A stretch of 63,227 bases of DNA, filler included, from Rhizaria sp. SCN 62-66 (GCA_001724265.1; 11 parts of 11 records of this genome joined end to end with filler, not necessarily neighbours in it); one strand, 5' to 3'. Positions 49,102-62,300 are shown, counted from the whole stretch's first letter. Numbers and translations are program-made. The notes: a model not told the origin generated them from the letters alone.

Positions 49102-49684
49102 GGTGGTTGCCTAATGAAAGCGCAACATGCGAAACAATGCAGTTGGTTGCGAAGGTGAGAGAGGCAAAGGATGACCTCAGGAAAAGTGGTCGGTCGCAAC
49201 CCAAAGTGATGCATCTTAAAACGAAATAAGCAGAATATAGCAAGCGCATTATTTTACCCTTGTAGTACTTTACAATAATGTTATCTGACGTTGGAAATGG
49301 CACGATAATAACATTTTGGTGAAGCTCGTCTCGACGTCAAGATCTGCTTGAGTTAAAAGAGAGGTCAGGGGCACGCTTCTTGAGAGACTTGCGATGCAGC
49401 TCCACATCACTCATCTTGAATCAACAGTGTGGGCACACGTCATATTGATGTGGCCGATTGTTATGCTATGTTTTTACAGCGCAGTAGTGCTGAGGAAAAA
49501 CGCGTTTCGATTAGCAGGTCCTTGCTTTTCCTGGATTCGATGTGGCCCAGCTCAGTCACCATTGGTCAAAATGAGGTAGAGAGCCGGAAAAGCGAGCAGA
49601 TAATATACTGGTGAGTACCGATCAAAAAGAATGATTTCTATTACACAAAATGATATTTGAAACATGCTTGCATACTCGACGCGA

Positions 49685-50640
49685 AATACAAACACAAACT
49701 TGGTTACAGAGCGCGTTGCCGCGCGCACAGTGTGGCACTGCACTGCGCGACGGTAGAACACCGCCGCCGTTGCAGACAACGTGGTCACACACGTGCGCCG
49801 GATCGTCTTGGTGGGCTCCCGTACTGTTGCCGGACGGCAAACCGGCGTAAGAACTACCGTGACACCGCCGGTCTGCGAGCCACCACTGCACGGAGCAGCA
49901 GAAGGGCACAGCCAGCGGTTTCCCAGCGCGCGGCGCGCAGCGCTGTGCACGCACGAGCGGCACGGGGCGACTACAGCAGCACCGCAAGCGGCACCATAGC
50001 AGTCACACACGCAGCCGTCCGCGCACGCCCACACGCACCAAGCAACACAAAGTCAGAAGAGCAATTTAAGTCTAAGAGCCAAGGCGAAGATCAGCAAACA
50101 CAAACACAAACTCAGATGCAGAACACGTTGCCGCGCGCAAAGTGCTGTGCCGTACCGCCCGTTGATAGAACATCCACGGCGTTGCGGTCACGGACACACA
50201 GCACTCACACGCTGGGGTGTCGTGGTGGGCTTCCCCGCCATCACAAAGCATCCAGAAGAAGAGAAGTCTCCGACTCTACATCCTGATCCAGGGGTAGCTG
50301 CCGATACTGGAGCACGCCGCCGCTGCGGCTGGGCGCTGCGGAGCAGCGACACAGTTACAGCGAGCGACGCCCCCAGCAGGGCCGCAAAACCGATGCACAA
50401 ATGACAGGGCCAGGTTGCTACCGTGACGCCGCGGCCTAGTGCACAACTGCTGCGGTCCTCCAAGCCAGGCCGTGTGGGGCCCCACTCTTCTCAGAACAAC
50501 AGCAGCGGGACACAGACAGCGGCTTCCCAGTGCGCGGCGCGCGGAAATCACTACACGCGCTCACATGACGCGCAAAACAAAGCAAAGAGAGCGAAAGCAT
50601 TCGAGATCAAAGCGCGAGCGCAAACAAAGCAAGCATGAAA
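49685..50640. repeat. Diverged tandem duplication, two units (~49685-50097 and ~50098-50640)
   Basis: Shared colinear blocks: CAAACACAAACT, CGTTGCCGCGCGCA, TAGAACA, CTACCGTGAC, CACAG.CAGCGG.TTCCCAG.GCGCGGCGCGC. Confidence 0.7.
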
Positions 50641-51515
50641 ATTGCTCCTGTGTTCTCTTGACAACTCACTCGTCGGGATCGACCATTTTCATCATGTAGA
50701 TGACCATTAACTTGTAAGCTTATCAATTATTGTAAAATTATGTACACAACGCCTTGGCCATCTACCGTACGTCCCTGAATCATGGAATGTTAACGGGTTT
50801 GACTGATTGTCCACATCCAAATGTGTATAGTTTTGTGCGTTCACAGTTTTCTTAAGGGTTTGTACATGTTTTGACTCACAGATACACGGTTCTATGGTCA
50901 ATTTCATTGTGTGAGTGATTTCGAAAGCCAAAAGTAAAACCTCGAATCAAAATGGAAGGGATTTGGGAGAATTTCGACCCACCACTTTTTTCGGAACCAG
51001 CAAATTTTTCGCAAGTTGTAAGTGGATTAGTTAGAACGCAGAGAAACAACGAGACAAGCAATCTGAGTGGGCGGAAGTCCTAAGCAGTCGTTAAAACTGT
51101 CAATTAAATGCATGATTGGTTGATGACGTATGTTCGAACTCACCTGGCCCTTAAAGCCACTGGTTTCTTTGCTTCTCTCTCCAGTCTGTTTTCTCTGGAC
51201 AGGGCGTTGCGAAGAGCCAGTTTCCGATGTATATTGCAAAATGTAGACGCGTGAAATAGCTGTGCAGCTTGATTTTGAAATGTGTTCGCTCACATTCTTT
51301 TTGTTGCTTTTTTGTTAGCCTCTTCTTTGCTCATTTTGACCCCGTTATTGCAGGCCGCGCGACTCTCCCAAACCGTCCAAACCGATCGCTGTTCTCCCCA
51401 GTCCGTTCGCCACCTCTCCCACAAATCCTTGGTGTGATTTGGCTTTTTCTTCACCCATTTAAGTCCCGCCGCGTCTTTTATCCTATCCGGCCTGCGTTTG
51501 CGCTTTCCCTCGGCC

Positions 51516-51773
51516 ATGTTCAGCACGCGCGAGGACGGCTCTCTGATGCCGTCTCGCGCCGGTGCCATTTTGCTCTTCCTGTGCACGTTCTTGCTCGTCA
51601 CCGTCGCCACTATCTTCCTCCACTCGGACCCCGTCAACGACGGCGTGTTTCGCGTTCCTTTTACCACAAAAAACATCAATGCTGATCTCCGCAAGTCACT
51701 AACCGCGGCGGAACTTGCCCGGTTAAAACTTTCCAGCGACGCCGTGGCTGCGAGCACCTCTTTCGCTGAGACA

Positions 51774-51811
<38 letters not shown>

Positions 51812-52094
51812 CAACGGCGACGGCGACGGCGACGGCGACGGCAACGCGGAGTCCTTCGTCTCGGGCACTAAGGCGGACGCTGACACTAGCTTTACGGGTG
51901 CCGGCGCCCGCAGTGTCACTGTCAAGGGCAAAGGTAAGGGCAAGGGCAAGGTCAAGGTCAAGGGCAAGGGTAAGGGCAAGGGCAAGTGCAAGGGCAAAGG
52001 CAAGTGCAAGGGCATGGGCAAGGGCAAGGGCAAGGGCAAGGGCAAGGGCAAGGGCAAGGGCAAGGGCAAGGGCAAGGGCAAGGGCAAGGGCAAG
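51516..52094 (+). CDS. Single-pass membrane or secreted protein with poly-Asp, (DG)n and (KG)n tracts, 3' partial
   Basis: Hydrophobic AILLFLCTFLLVTVATIFL, then a poly-D run, DG repeats and (AAGGGC)n to the contig end. Confidence 0.65.
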
Positions 52095-52194
52095 NNNNNN
52101 NNNNNNNNNNNNNNNNNNNNNNNNNNNNNNNNNNNNNNTTAATTAATTAANNNNNNNNNNNNNNNNNNNNNNNNNNNNNNNNNNNNNNNNNNNN

Positions 52195-55100
52195 GGCACA
52201 AGTCTACGACCCGGCACGCGGCCCGAACATGCTTACTGGCACTGCATTTGACGAGCCTGTATCGTATGAGTACTTCTTTGACTCGCTTCCAGTCGTGCTG
52301 CGGCTTGAGTGGTCGTTACCTGCACTCCGAACAGACAATGCCACTGTGACTCTGGATTACTCAGACATTGGCCCGTGCTTCTTTGATGGAGACACGGCAA
52401 AGACCAGTATTACAAAGGACGTGCTCATGACGGACTCCGCAACGGGTTCCCTTGAGTTCCTCTTTGCGTGCTCTGTAATGCGGTCATCGGAGGTACTTGA
52501 GACACGCATCACGATTGGCAATGTTACGGGTGAGACATGGCGGGTGCAAAGGCTGCGTTTCATAGGCCGCACCACGCTTACTGCGACGACACACGAGGGC
52601 ACACTTGATCTCGTCAATCCCTCCTTGATTGTTGAGTTTCCACTCTACGACGTAACGCCGTTGCACTTTGTCTTTTCGCCGGCACTGCCTGCTGATGCCA
52701 TGTTAGAACTATCGTTTACTAACCCAACCGCAGAGTGTATCTTTGTTGATTTTAACGCTGAGTCCGGTTCTGTTGCGATTGCTGCAAATGCTGCTGGCCA
52801 CACAATTGACGTCAAGTGCAGCTTCCCTGCATCTGAGCCACCTCAGGTTATTGCGATGTTTGCAGCAGGATCCAACGTCTACTACCAAGACTTCCAATCG
52901 TCAGCTTTGCAGACAAAGGGTGACCTTGTGTTTACTATCAATGACACTCCAATTGATACGCATTTGAGCTTTGTTGCCGGTCAAATCTACACAATTGTTG
53001 CTCAATTCGTTCCAACACCTAAGGCCACGCAGACTGTGACTACAACACAGCTTACAGTTCCTGCAGACTGCGTGTTTCAGCTGCGCGGTGTTGGGCTTTA
53101 CGTGCGCGAGTCTGTGTTTGTACAAAACAATGTTTATGAGAATTTCACGGCCAATATGATGTGTCGCCGCACCCATAGCATCGGCTCACACGTCGTAATT
53201 GACAGTAACGCTTACAAGGGCTCGTCTATTGGCCCTGTGCCAGTGTACGGTTTGATGGCCTTTGACTATGTGATGCCAGCAAACATTGTCGGAGTAGATC
53301 GAGAGATTACAGATTTGGACTCTCGTAACAAGTTTGAGCTGATGTGATTCCTTCCGTTCTCACGATGACAACAGTGCGTGTAAGTTTCACCAGCACGACG
53401 GGTATGTGCGGTTTTACGATCTACTCTACCACTGGTGTTCCTACCTTTACTTACACTGTGAGTGTACTGTTTGTTCTTGGAGACGCTGTCCAAACAATCT
53501 ACCCTTCTTGCAGCTATACGACCGCGTCACCTGTGATGATGCTTGCTGAGGTCGCTTCAGGAAACCTTCATCTACCCGTGTTATCAGTGCCTCTGCACGT
53601 ACGTGGCTCTGTCATTTTCTCCACAGAGCAAATTGACTCAACTCTCGCTTTCACAGGTGAGATTGTTGCCAATCGAGACTGGGTCTTTACTGTTTCTCTT
53701 TCGCCCTACGCTGCTGAAGTCACTACTTTTGCCGTCGATGTTTTGGCTGACTCTCTGACAGGCCCGCAGCCCACGTGTGCATTCCGTCTTCTTTCTGAGA
53801 CGGTGGCCTTTGAGAATCTCACTTATGGTGCATTTGAGTTTACGTTTGATGCCACAACGCTTGCTATCGATATTGCCGTCAGCTGCTCAGTTGAAACCGA
53901 ACTAAACCCAGCCGTAGTGTTTATCACCAACGACAAAGACACGTGGTACGACGTGTTCCGCAGCGCACCCTTCCGCGTCCGCGGCGCGGTCTGGATCGAA
54001 GACTCTTTGGTAGCCCGAGCAGTGGCCTTTCCACTTCTCACCACGCCTACAACGTTAGAGCGTGTCGCCGTCAAGCGTGTTCACAGTGTGCGCATCCGCC
54101 TAATGCCTGCACCGACACATGAGGCTGCATTTGACATCACATCGTCAACAGCTGACTGCACACTCGCACCCGCTGACGTTGCAGACACTGCGCTGTTTAC
54201 AGACAGCATGACTATCAGCGTTGCTGCGAGCACCTCCGAGGTTTTTGTCGCGATTTTTTGCAACGTCACGAATCCATACGTACAACTCACTATTGTTAGC
54301 GGTGCGGCAACATTCTTCGGGCAGTTTACCACTGCACCATTTGCCGTTGAGAACCGCTTTAACATCCCCATAATGCCCGAGGCGATCCACGTTCAGGAGC
54401 CGGAATTGCTGACTGTTTCATTTCTTCCAACAGACGCTGTTGATGGCGCTGGCCGCTCTGTCCGTGTTGCAATCACCGTTGATTCCAGCTACACAAATTG
54501 CTTTGGTGCTCCGTTAAACACAGTNNNNNNNNNNNNNNNNNNNNNNNNNNNNNNNACTTTTGGTTTAAGTGTATGACATTCACGCATCCACACAACGGCG
54601 GGCTGGTAGAGGGTGCTATGGTACCGCGTATTTTAATCAAACGCATCTCGGGCATTGCCTTTATGTCCTTTACCTCAGACCCAGTCCGCATTACGCTTAT
54701 TGACTGCAAGCTTCTCGCAGCTATTGTGCGCGGTGGTGTAACCTACCAAGATAACGGCTTCGGTCTTACCAACTACAAAGCAGAAGCCTCTGTCGGTTGT
54801 GATGCGGGATATGCACTCATTGCTTCAGACAACACAAATAAGACGTGTGTTGTCAATGGCGCCACTTCACCACCAGTGACAACATGTATTCAACGCTTGA
54901 CATGTCTTGCCACTGGTTGGTCCGCGCCACCGCCCACCTGCGAAGTATTTAACTGCGGCCCTGTGCCGGCGCGATATCCGATGTTTGGCACTGAACCTGT
55001 GCAAACGGAGTTCGCACCCGAAGGCAACGCAACATCGTTCGGCGCACGCTACACGTACGGCTGCGTTGACGGGTTTGTACTTGCAGGGTCTGCAGAAATC

Positions 55101-58058
55101 TCATGTACGGCCGGTGGATGGAGCTTGCAAATTGCACCCACATGTGCCGCCATTGAATGCCCTATTTTGGTAACTGCCAACAATGTTGGCAACATCACCT
55201 ATTCGGCGTTACCATATGGTGCGCGCAAATTTCAGTCAGTTGCCACGCATGAGTGTCTTCCACTGCATATTCGGACTGAAGGTGATGAGAAACGCGTTTG
55301 CCAGGCAGACCGGTCTTGGTCTGGCGCAGCCCCAATCTGCCGTTCGAACACGTGCGTGCGCATCTATCACGAGCCAGCCACAATGAAGGCCATTGTCTTT
55401 TCGCGTCTCGGTAGTGTTGTAACGCATGATCCCGTCTCAAACACCTTTTTGGTAGACACCATCGCTTCGTACGAGTGCGCTGAAGGTTATATTTGGGACA
55501 AGGACACGACTTTTACAACGCGCCAGTGTATGATGTCTGACGGATGGCAACCTGTTGACGCCCCCCGCTGTGTTCCGCAGCCGTGCCCAACGCTGTCAAC
55601 TGTTGATCTCGGCGCTGTTACTCAGATGCCATCGCAGCTTATGAATATGTACGGCGTTACTGCCACGTTTTCCTGTGAATATGGCGCTGTCCTGAGTCAT
55701 TCTGATCCTCAGATTAGCTGCACAGCAACTGGTGATTGGTCTGGACCTGCGCGCACATGCTCTCCGTATAACTGTGGCACCCCGGGTAATATTCCCTTTG
55801 CACAAGTAAGTATCGCCAGTAATGGCACACACGGCCGGCTGGGTATCTATCTCAACACATCTACGGTTGAGTACCGTTGCAACGTTGGATATAATCTGCG
55901 TTACACGGGATATAACCTCACCGATGGCACTGGTTACGTTGTCCAGTTCACTCAGCAAAATGCTCTCGTGCTTGGTGCGCGTCGCGAGTGCACGCCACGC
56001 GGCTGGATTCCGCTTACATTGCCAGTCTGCGACGTCAACCAATGCGAGTCATTACAGCTCCCGATGAACGCAGCGAACATTGCCTTTGAGGACACCTTGA
56101 GCACGAGCAATAACGGCCTTATCGCGCGCTCATACGGTACAACAGCGACATACGTATGCAAGTCCGGATACGAGCCGCGTGATCCACTCACCGATACCGT
56201 TACTTCATCGAAGCGCCGCTGCGGGACTCTTGCTGAAGGTTGGATTCCAGCCGTTGCGCCCATGTGTGGTGCAATTGACTGCGGTCTTCCTGATAAAGGC
56301 AATGTAGTGGCCTATAGCGAGACGATCGAGTTCGAGTACGATGATCTTATTGTAGCTGGTCCGACGCGTTATCAATCTACGGCTGTGTACCGCTGTCAAT
56401 CGGGCTTCACGCTTTCCTCGGGCGATGATCACTACGAACGCACATGCACGGCCTCATCTCAGTGGTTGCCAGCGGCGCCAACGTGCGTCGATGTTGATGA
56501 ATGTAATCCGAGCACATTTAACGGTAAATTCTTTGTTGACTGCGCTACCCTCTACGGACCGCATTCTCGCTGCATCAATACGTTTGGCTCCTACGTCTGC
56601 ACACCCCACGTGACGCTCGACATAATCCCTGAGTCCGTTGCGACACCCGATGGTACTGTCAACTACAACCCTGAGACCCACGAGATTATCCCCAATAACG
56701 CCCGTGGAAACCAAATTGTCTTGTTTACACTCAATGCCGGTGCAAACATTGTTGCTCCGTACGTCTCTCGTGTTCAGTACGTCAACACAAATGCCACTCT
56801 GTACCCGAGTTCCGATCTCGCTACTTACGACTGCATAGACGTTGTCGTAACGCCCGTCATAATCCAAGACACGACGAAGTACTTTCGAGTACAGTGTACT
56901 CTGAGCGCAGGCCAAGGTGCTGACCTCTACGTGCGCATGCAGTATTGTATCCAACCTGACTCTGTAACAAACTATGCAGGTGATATCGACTGTTCGCGAT
57001 GGAACTGGGCTTGGGACGGAACTTCGGCATTTACAGAGCTTGCAACACGCGGCTCTAACTACGACGTCCGCATTTCCTATCCCTTGCACGCGTTCATTCC
57101 ATCATCGTTGCATGCTGTCACGGCTATGGGACCTGGTCAGCGCACGAATGACTACGTCAGCATTACGAGTCTTGGTGAAGATATCGGTTTTGACATCGAA
57201 AATCTGTTCATGGATCGTGCTGGACTTGTCCGTATGATGTACGGCGCAGGGAGTAACACAAACGACTACCCGCACGAGTGTACCTTCAATCAGGAGCTCT
57301 CTCTTATGAACAGTCCCAATCAGCGCACAATTATCTGTCATACTAAAGACGCTGTCAATGAGATTGACCTCAAGTTTAAGCTTATCATCGCACATCGTGC
57401 CGCTTACTCAACCGATATGTATTCATATCCACAGGTACCCTCCGTTTCATCCGTATTTGGCTGCCCGATAGATGATATTCTCACTGGCATCACTTCAGGC
57501 TGCCCCACTGACGGCGGAGCCGTACGACTCACAATTAGTGGTACCGGCTTCTTAGAGCCGCTCCAAGCCATGGTGAGTGGGCGCCAATGCTTGTCGCTCA
57601 TTCGCGAAAGCAATCTCCGATTCACCTGTCTGCTGCCTGTTGGGTCCGGCTCTGGATTGTCACTAATTGTCAAAGCTGGTTCACAGCGATTTGAATCTCG
57701 TGGACGCGTCAACTACGCCATTCCGACCATCACTGAAATTCTCGGCTGTCAGCCTAGCACCAGCCTGAGCATCCGCGAGTGCAACCGCTACGGCGGCGAT
57801 AGGATCATGCTGCGCGGCGACAACTTTGGTGTGTCAGGGGCATCCGTCTCGATTGGTGGCCTTACTTGCAATAACGTCATGCACACAGCCTCCAATCCTC
57901 ATCGTGAGTTGATGTGCACTACACCTCCCGATGCAACAGTTGATCGCGCTGTTACGGTATTACAGCGCTACGGCGAGTTATCGCAAGATATTGTCTTATT
58001 GTCGTACGTACAGTGTCCACCAGGTCAGCATAATGATGATGTTAAGTGCGTGCTATGC
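52195..58058 (+). CDS. Large extracellular protein: beta-rich N-region, multiple Sushi/CCP domains, Ca-binding EGF, IPT/TIG domains. Partial, with a frameshift near 53340 and a 31-N gap at 54525-54555
   Basis: Repeated Y.C..G(Y/F)..C...W....P.C Sushi motifs. CVDVDEC..C.NTFGSYVC cbEGF. GG..LTISGTGF and GG..IMLRGDNFG..VSIGG..C IPT motifs. Confidence 0.88.
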
Positions 58059-58158
58059 NNNNNNNNNNNNNNNNNNNNNNNNNNNNNNNNNNNNNNNNNN
58101 NNTTAATTAATTAANNNNNNNNNNNNNNNNNNNNNNNNNNNNNNNNNNNNNNNNNNNN

Positions 58159-58941
58159 GCCCGCGCCCGCGCCTGCAGCGCACACGGCGCCCGCGGCGCC
58201 GGCAGTGGGAGCGGCGCCGGGCAGCCCGCCGGGCGAGGCGGCGGCCACGGCGGCGGCGGCCACGGCGGCCGAGGTCAGCACCGGCGAGGCGCTCCATAAC
58301 GCCGCCAGCGCGTCTGCGTCACTGACGGGCGTGTTTGTGATAGAGTTAGCGCCAAGCGACGCGGGCGCGATGGTGAGGGGCAGCCAGGCGTCGAGCGCGG
58401 TGGCGCCGTCGACGAGCGGGGTCAGGTCCAGCAGCGCGCGCGCAAGCACGTGGCCCCACGAGGGATCGCTCAGCACGCCGCCCGCGAACGCAGGCGCGGG
58501 CAGAGGCAGCGAGGAGGCCGACGCGGACGCAGCGGCGGCAGCGGCGGCGGCGGCGGAGGCTGAGGAAGACGATGAGGAAGGCACGAGGGCGCCGGGGGCG
58601 GCTGCCGCAGTAGGCGCGGCCGAAGCAGCAACGAGCGGGCGGCGCACATAAAAGGGGATCGGCGCACCGCAGAGAAGTGTGAGTGTGGCCTCATTACGAG
58701 GAAGTGTGACTGAAGCAGACCAGCCGTAGGTGTCGGCATCGGAGGCTGCAGTCTCGGTAACGGTGCCCGCGGAGTCAAACCAGCGGAACGCAACAGCTGT
58801 GTCACCCGCAGCGCCGCGGGGGCGCACGCCGCGCGCCTCCACAACGTCGAGAGTCACCGTGACCGCGTCTGCGTAGACAGCGGGGCCCAGCATCTGCGCC
58901 ACCGACACGGCCTTGTCGACCGAGAGGTAGGCGGTGGACAT
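58159..58941 (-). CDS. C2-like domain protein (possibly a CFAP70-like N-terminus), 3' partial
   Basis: VTLDVVEARGV..AVAFRW..LARALLDLTPLVDG..WLPL fits a C2 strand pattern. Confidence 0.6.
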
Positions 58942-59306
58942 GTTCGTTGGCCTGCAGAGGATAGTGGATATCAAGACAAAGGAAGAGTGAAATCAGTAAG
59001 TAAAATAACGCCGTAATAGAAGTATGTAGTTCGTAGCTGGTGGTGGCATTCTATAGCTACTTGATGTGTCCCTGTCGCGAACGCGCTCTTAAAAGATTCG
59101 GTGCCATCGGTCAACAAGAAAACGGTTTTTTCTCCCGACCATTGGGAAGCCGTTTCTGACCACCTTAGAAATATGGTTCTCGGCATCAAGAATCCGTTTC
59201 TTAGAATCAAGCCTTTCTTAAATTGTAGTTTTTTTAGTTTTTCACCTAATATTTTCACCATTTTCTTGATCATGTTGTTCTTGTTCTTGTATTCGCAGCG
59301 CTCGTT

Positions 59307-62300
59307 ATGTACAGCGGCGCTTGGAACCAGTTCACAGACCCGTCAGCAGACTCGTCGTCCTCTTCGACGGGGCTAGGGCCAAATCCGACTGCAGATGAGC
59401 TCGCGCCGAACTTGCTTGTGCGTGCTGCGCAGGACAACGTGAGCGACATCTCAATGCACCCGAACGCGGCCTCACTCTTCGTCCGCCCAGCTGTCGTGTA
59501 CAAATCATCAGCCTCCTCTGCCGCCGCCTCTGCAGCGCCCCCGCGGCCCACCACGGCTGCTGCAGCTGCTGCCGCTGCGGCTCCACATGCCTCAGTCAGA
59601 ACCCCTGCTGATGGTGCCGACCCATTTTCCAACTTTGACATCTTCAGCGACATTTCCTCCGCCTTGGCCAACGGGTCCGCCGCTGGCCAGACACAGCAGC
59701 AGCCTGCTGTCTCCGCGACCGCTGCGCCTATCGTGCCACCCTCGCCCTCCGCAGTGCTGTTTGGCGTTGCGCACGGCCCGGCGCCAACGTCTGCGCACTA
59801 CTTGGCCTCTCTGCATGCGCACGCAGGCCTCACAACAGCCACGTCTTCATCCTCCTCCTCTTCGTCAAGCCCTGCTTCCGCAACTGCTGCTACTTCCTCG
59901 GCTTCGGCTTCGACTTCGTCGCCACCCTCCGCGTCCGGCGCGCCCCAGGGCCGTCCCCGCGGATCTGCGCCGCCGCACCCGCACTCGCTGTCAATGGCGG
60001 CGTCCGCGTCCGTCTCGGCCTCCGCGTCGGCGGCCGCGTCGCTGCCGCCGCTGCCGCCGAGCGTGAGCGACGACCCGTCGGTGGCCGCACTTATCGACCG
60101 GCTCTTTGCCGCGCTTGCGACCACGAACTCGGCCGCGGCGGCGCCGGCCCCGGCGGGTGGCGTGGAGGACGCCAAAGGCAGGGGAAACGGCAAAGAGAAG
60201 AGCAAGAGCAAGGACAAGAGCGGCGCCGACGACGACACTGACGGCGACGATGGCGAGGATGGCGACGACGATGACGCTGGTGGCGTGTTCTTGACCGCCG
60301 TTGCCGCCGACCCCGCTGCCGCTTCCGCCGCCACGGCTTCCGCAACCGCCGAGACTGCGGCCCCCAGCAGTACAGCGCTCGTGCCCGTGGCAGACGCTGA
60401 CGCTGACGCAGACGCCGAGGCCGACGCTGCTGCAGCAGGAGCTGCCGCTGAGGAGCCAGAGCTTGCGCCTGACGCCGCGCGGGCCGAGCGTCGGGCCCGC
60501 GCGCGCGCGCTGGTGCCGCTGCCGACCCCCGCGGCGGCGGCGCAGCCGTGGCCGCCTGCCGCGGTGGCCGCCGCCGCGCTGCTGCCGCTGGCGGGTCCGC
60601 TGGCGCCCGCGCGGCCCGCGCTCGCGGCGCTGCCCGCGCCCGTGCAGGCGCACCTGGCTGCGCTCGCGGCTGCCGCAGCCGAGTCCGCCGCCGCGCTGGG
60701 CGCGCCCCCGCCCGTCTCGGCGACCGCGGCGGCGGCGGCGGCGGCGAGCTAGAGCGCGGGCGAGGTCCAGGAGCCGGACCGCACGCTGTTCCCGGTGAGC
60801 GCGCCGCTGCCGCTGCCGCTAATGATGGGCCACCTCACGCGCATCGGGCTCTCGTGCCAGTGGCACCGCGGGCTCGCGCGCGGCCCGCCCCCGCTGCCGC
60901 TGCTGCCGCTGCCGCGCGCCGTGCCGCTGCCGGTGTTGGCGCCCGCGGTCGTGGCCGCGCTGCCGTGCGGCGGCGAGGACGAGCGCCGCGCGCTTACGGC
61001 CGCGCTGGCGCAGCCCGCGGCCAAGATGCTTGTGCTGGACCTCTTCTGGTACGCCTTCGCCGTGCTCTTCGGCGCCGAGCCCGAGCCGACGGTGGAGGAG
61101 GACGTCGCGGCCGCCGCGGGGCAGAAGAGCCTCGACGACGGCTACGGCGACTCCGAAACGGACTCGGGCCTCGACGACAACAGTGATGACAACACTAGCG
61201 ACAACGAGGGCAACAATGATGCCAAGACCAACAAGGGCGTCTTTTTCGCCCCGTCACAGATGCCGTCTCAGGCGGCGTCGCAGGCGTCCCGCTCCTCCGC
61301 TGCCAACCGCGGGTCCCGCTCCCGCGCGCTCACGGTAGCGCCCGTGTCGATCGCACTGACGGACGCGGACGTGGCCGCGGCCGCCGTGGCGCGCCGCCGC
61401 CGCCGCGCGCTGCAGCGCCGCCGCGCACGCCGCGCCGCGCAGTCCGCGCACCGCGCCGCCGCCGTCTCCGCGCTGTCTGCTGCGCTGCTGGACCGGCTGG
61501 CGCACTGCCACGTCGCGCTGCTGCTCTCGCTGCCGGGCGCCGAGCGCGACGCCGCACTGCACCACCTGCCCGCCGCGCTGGCGCACCTCACGGCCCTCTC
61601 GCTCGCCGCCGCCGCGCCCGCGCTCGCGGGCGAGTCCGCCACCGCCGCCACCGCCGCCGCCGCGGGCGCCTCGGGCGCGGGCGCGGGCGCGGGCGCGGGC
61701 TCGGGCGCGGGCTCGGGCTCGGACGCGGCTGAGGCGGCCGAGGCGCGCGCGCAGGCGCTGCGACTGGCGCTGCTGCGGTTACTGCAGTCGGGCATGCACG
61801 GCTACGTGCCCGCCGCGGCGGCCAACGCCGAGACCGTGACGCGCTGGCTGTCCGTCTCGCGCCAGTCGCAGCGCGAAACCTCGCTGCTGTCCGTGCTGGG
61901 CCACTCGGACGCCGCGCCTGCAGCGCTCGCGGGGCGGGGCGCCGCGGCGGCCGCGGGTGGCGCCGTGGGCCTCCTGGCCACGCGTCTGTCCGCGCTCGCG
62001 CTCGCTCTCCCCGCCGCGGGCTCCGCCATGGGCGCGGACGGCGCGGAGCACGGCGCCGGCAGCAACGGCTTCGGTGGGTCTGGCGCGATGTCTCACAGCA
62101 CTGCGGCCGCGATCGCCCGGGCCACTGCGAGCGCCAGCAGCAGCAACAACGCTAAGAACAGCACCGGCAGCGGCAACAGTGGCGACAGCGGCAGCGTGGG
62201 CGCCGAGAGCGGGCCGCAGGGCTTCACCTCGTCGCTGCGCGCGCCCGTCACGGAGCACACGCTGCGCTTGCTCGTCGGAAACGACATCGTGCCCTTCGGC

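Noticed and set aside
7833-60752. Pseudogenisation, CpA-to-TpA mutation, pyrrolysine or A-to-I editing as the cause of the TAGs
   Set aside because: Disfavoured but not excluded. Decay should also produce TAA and TGA. The transposons, the usual targets of repeat-induced mutation, are intact. Pyrrolysine is not known in eukaryotes. Trp fits poorly at the ankyrin and Gln-rich sites.
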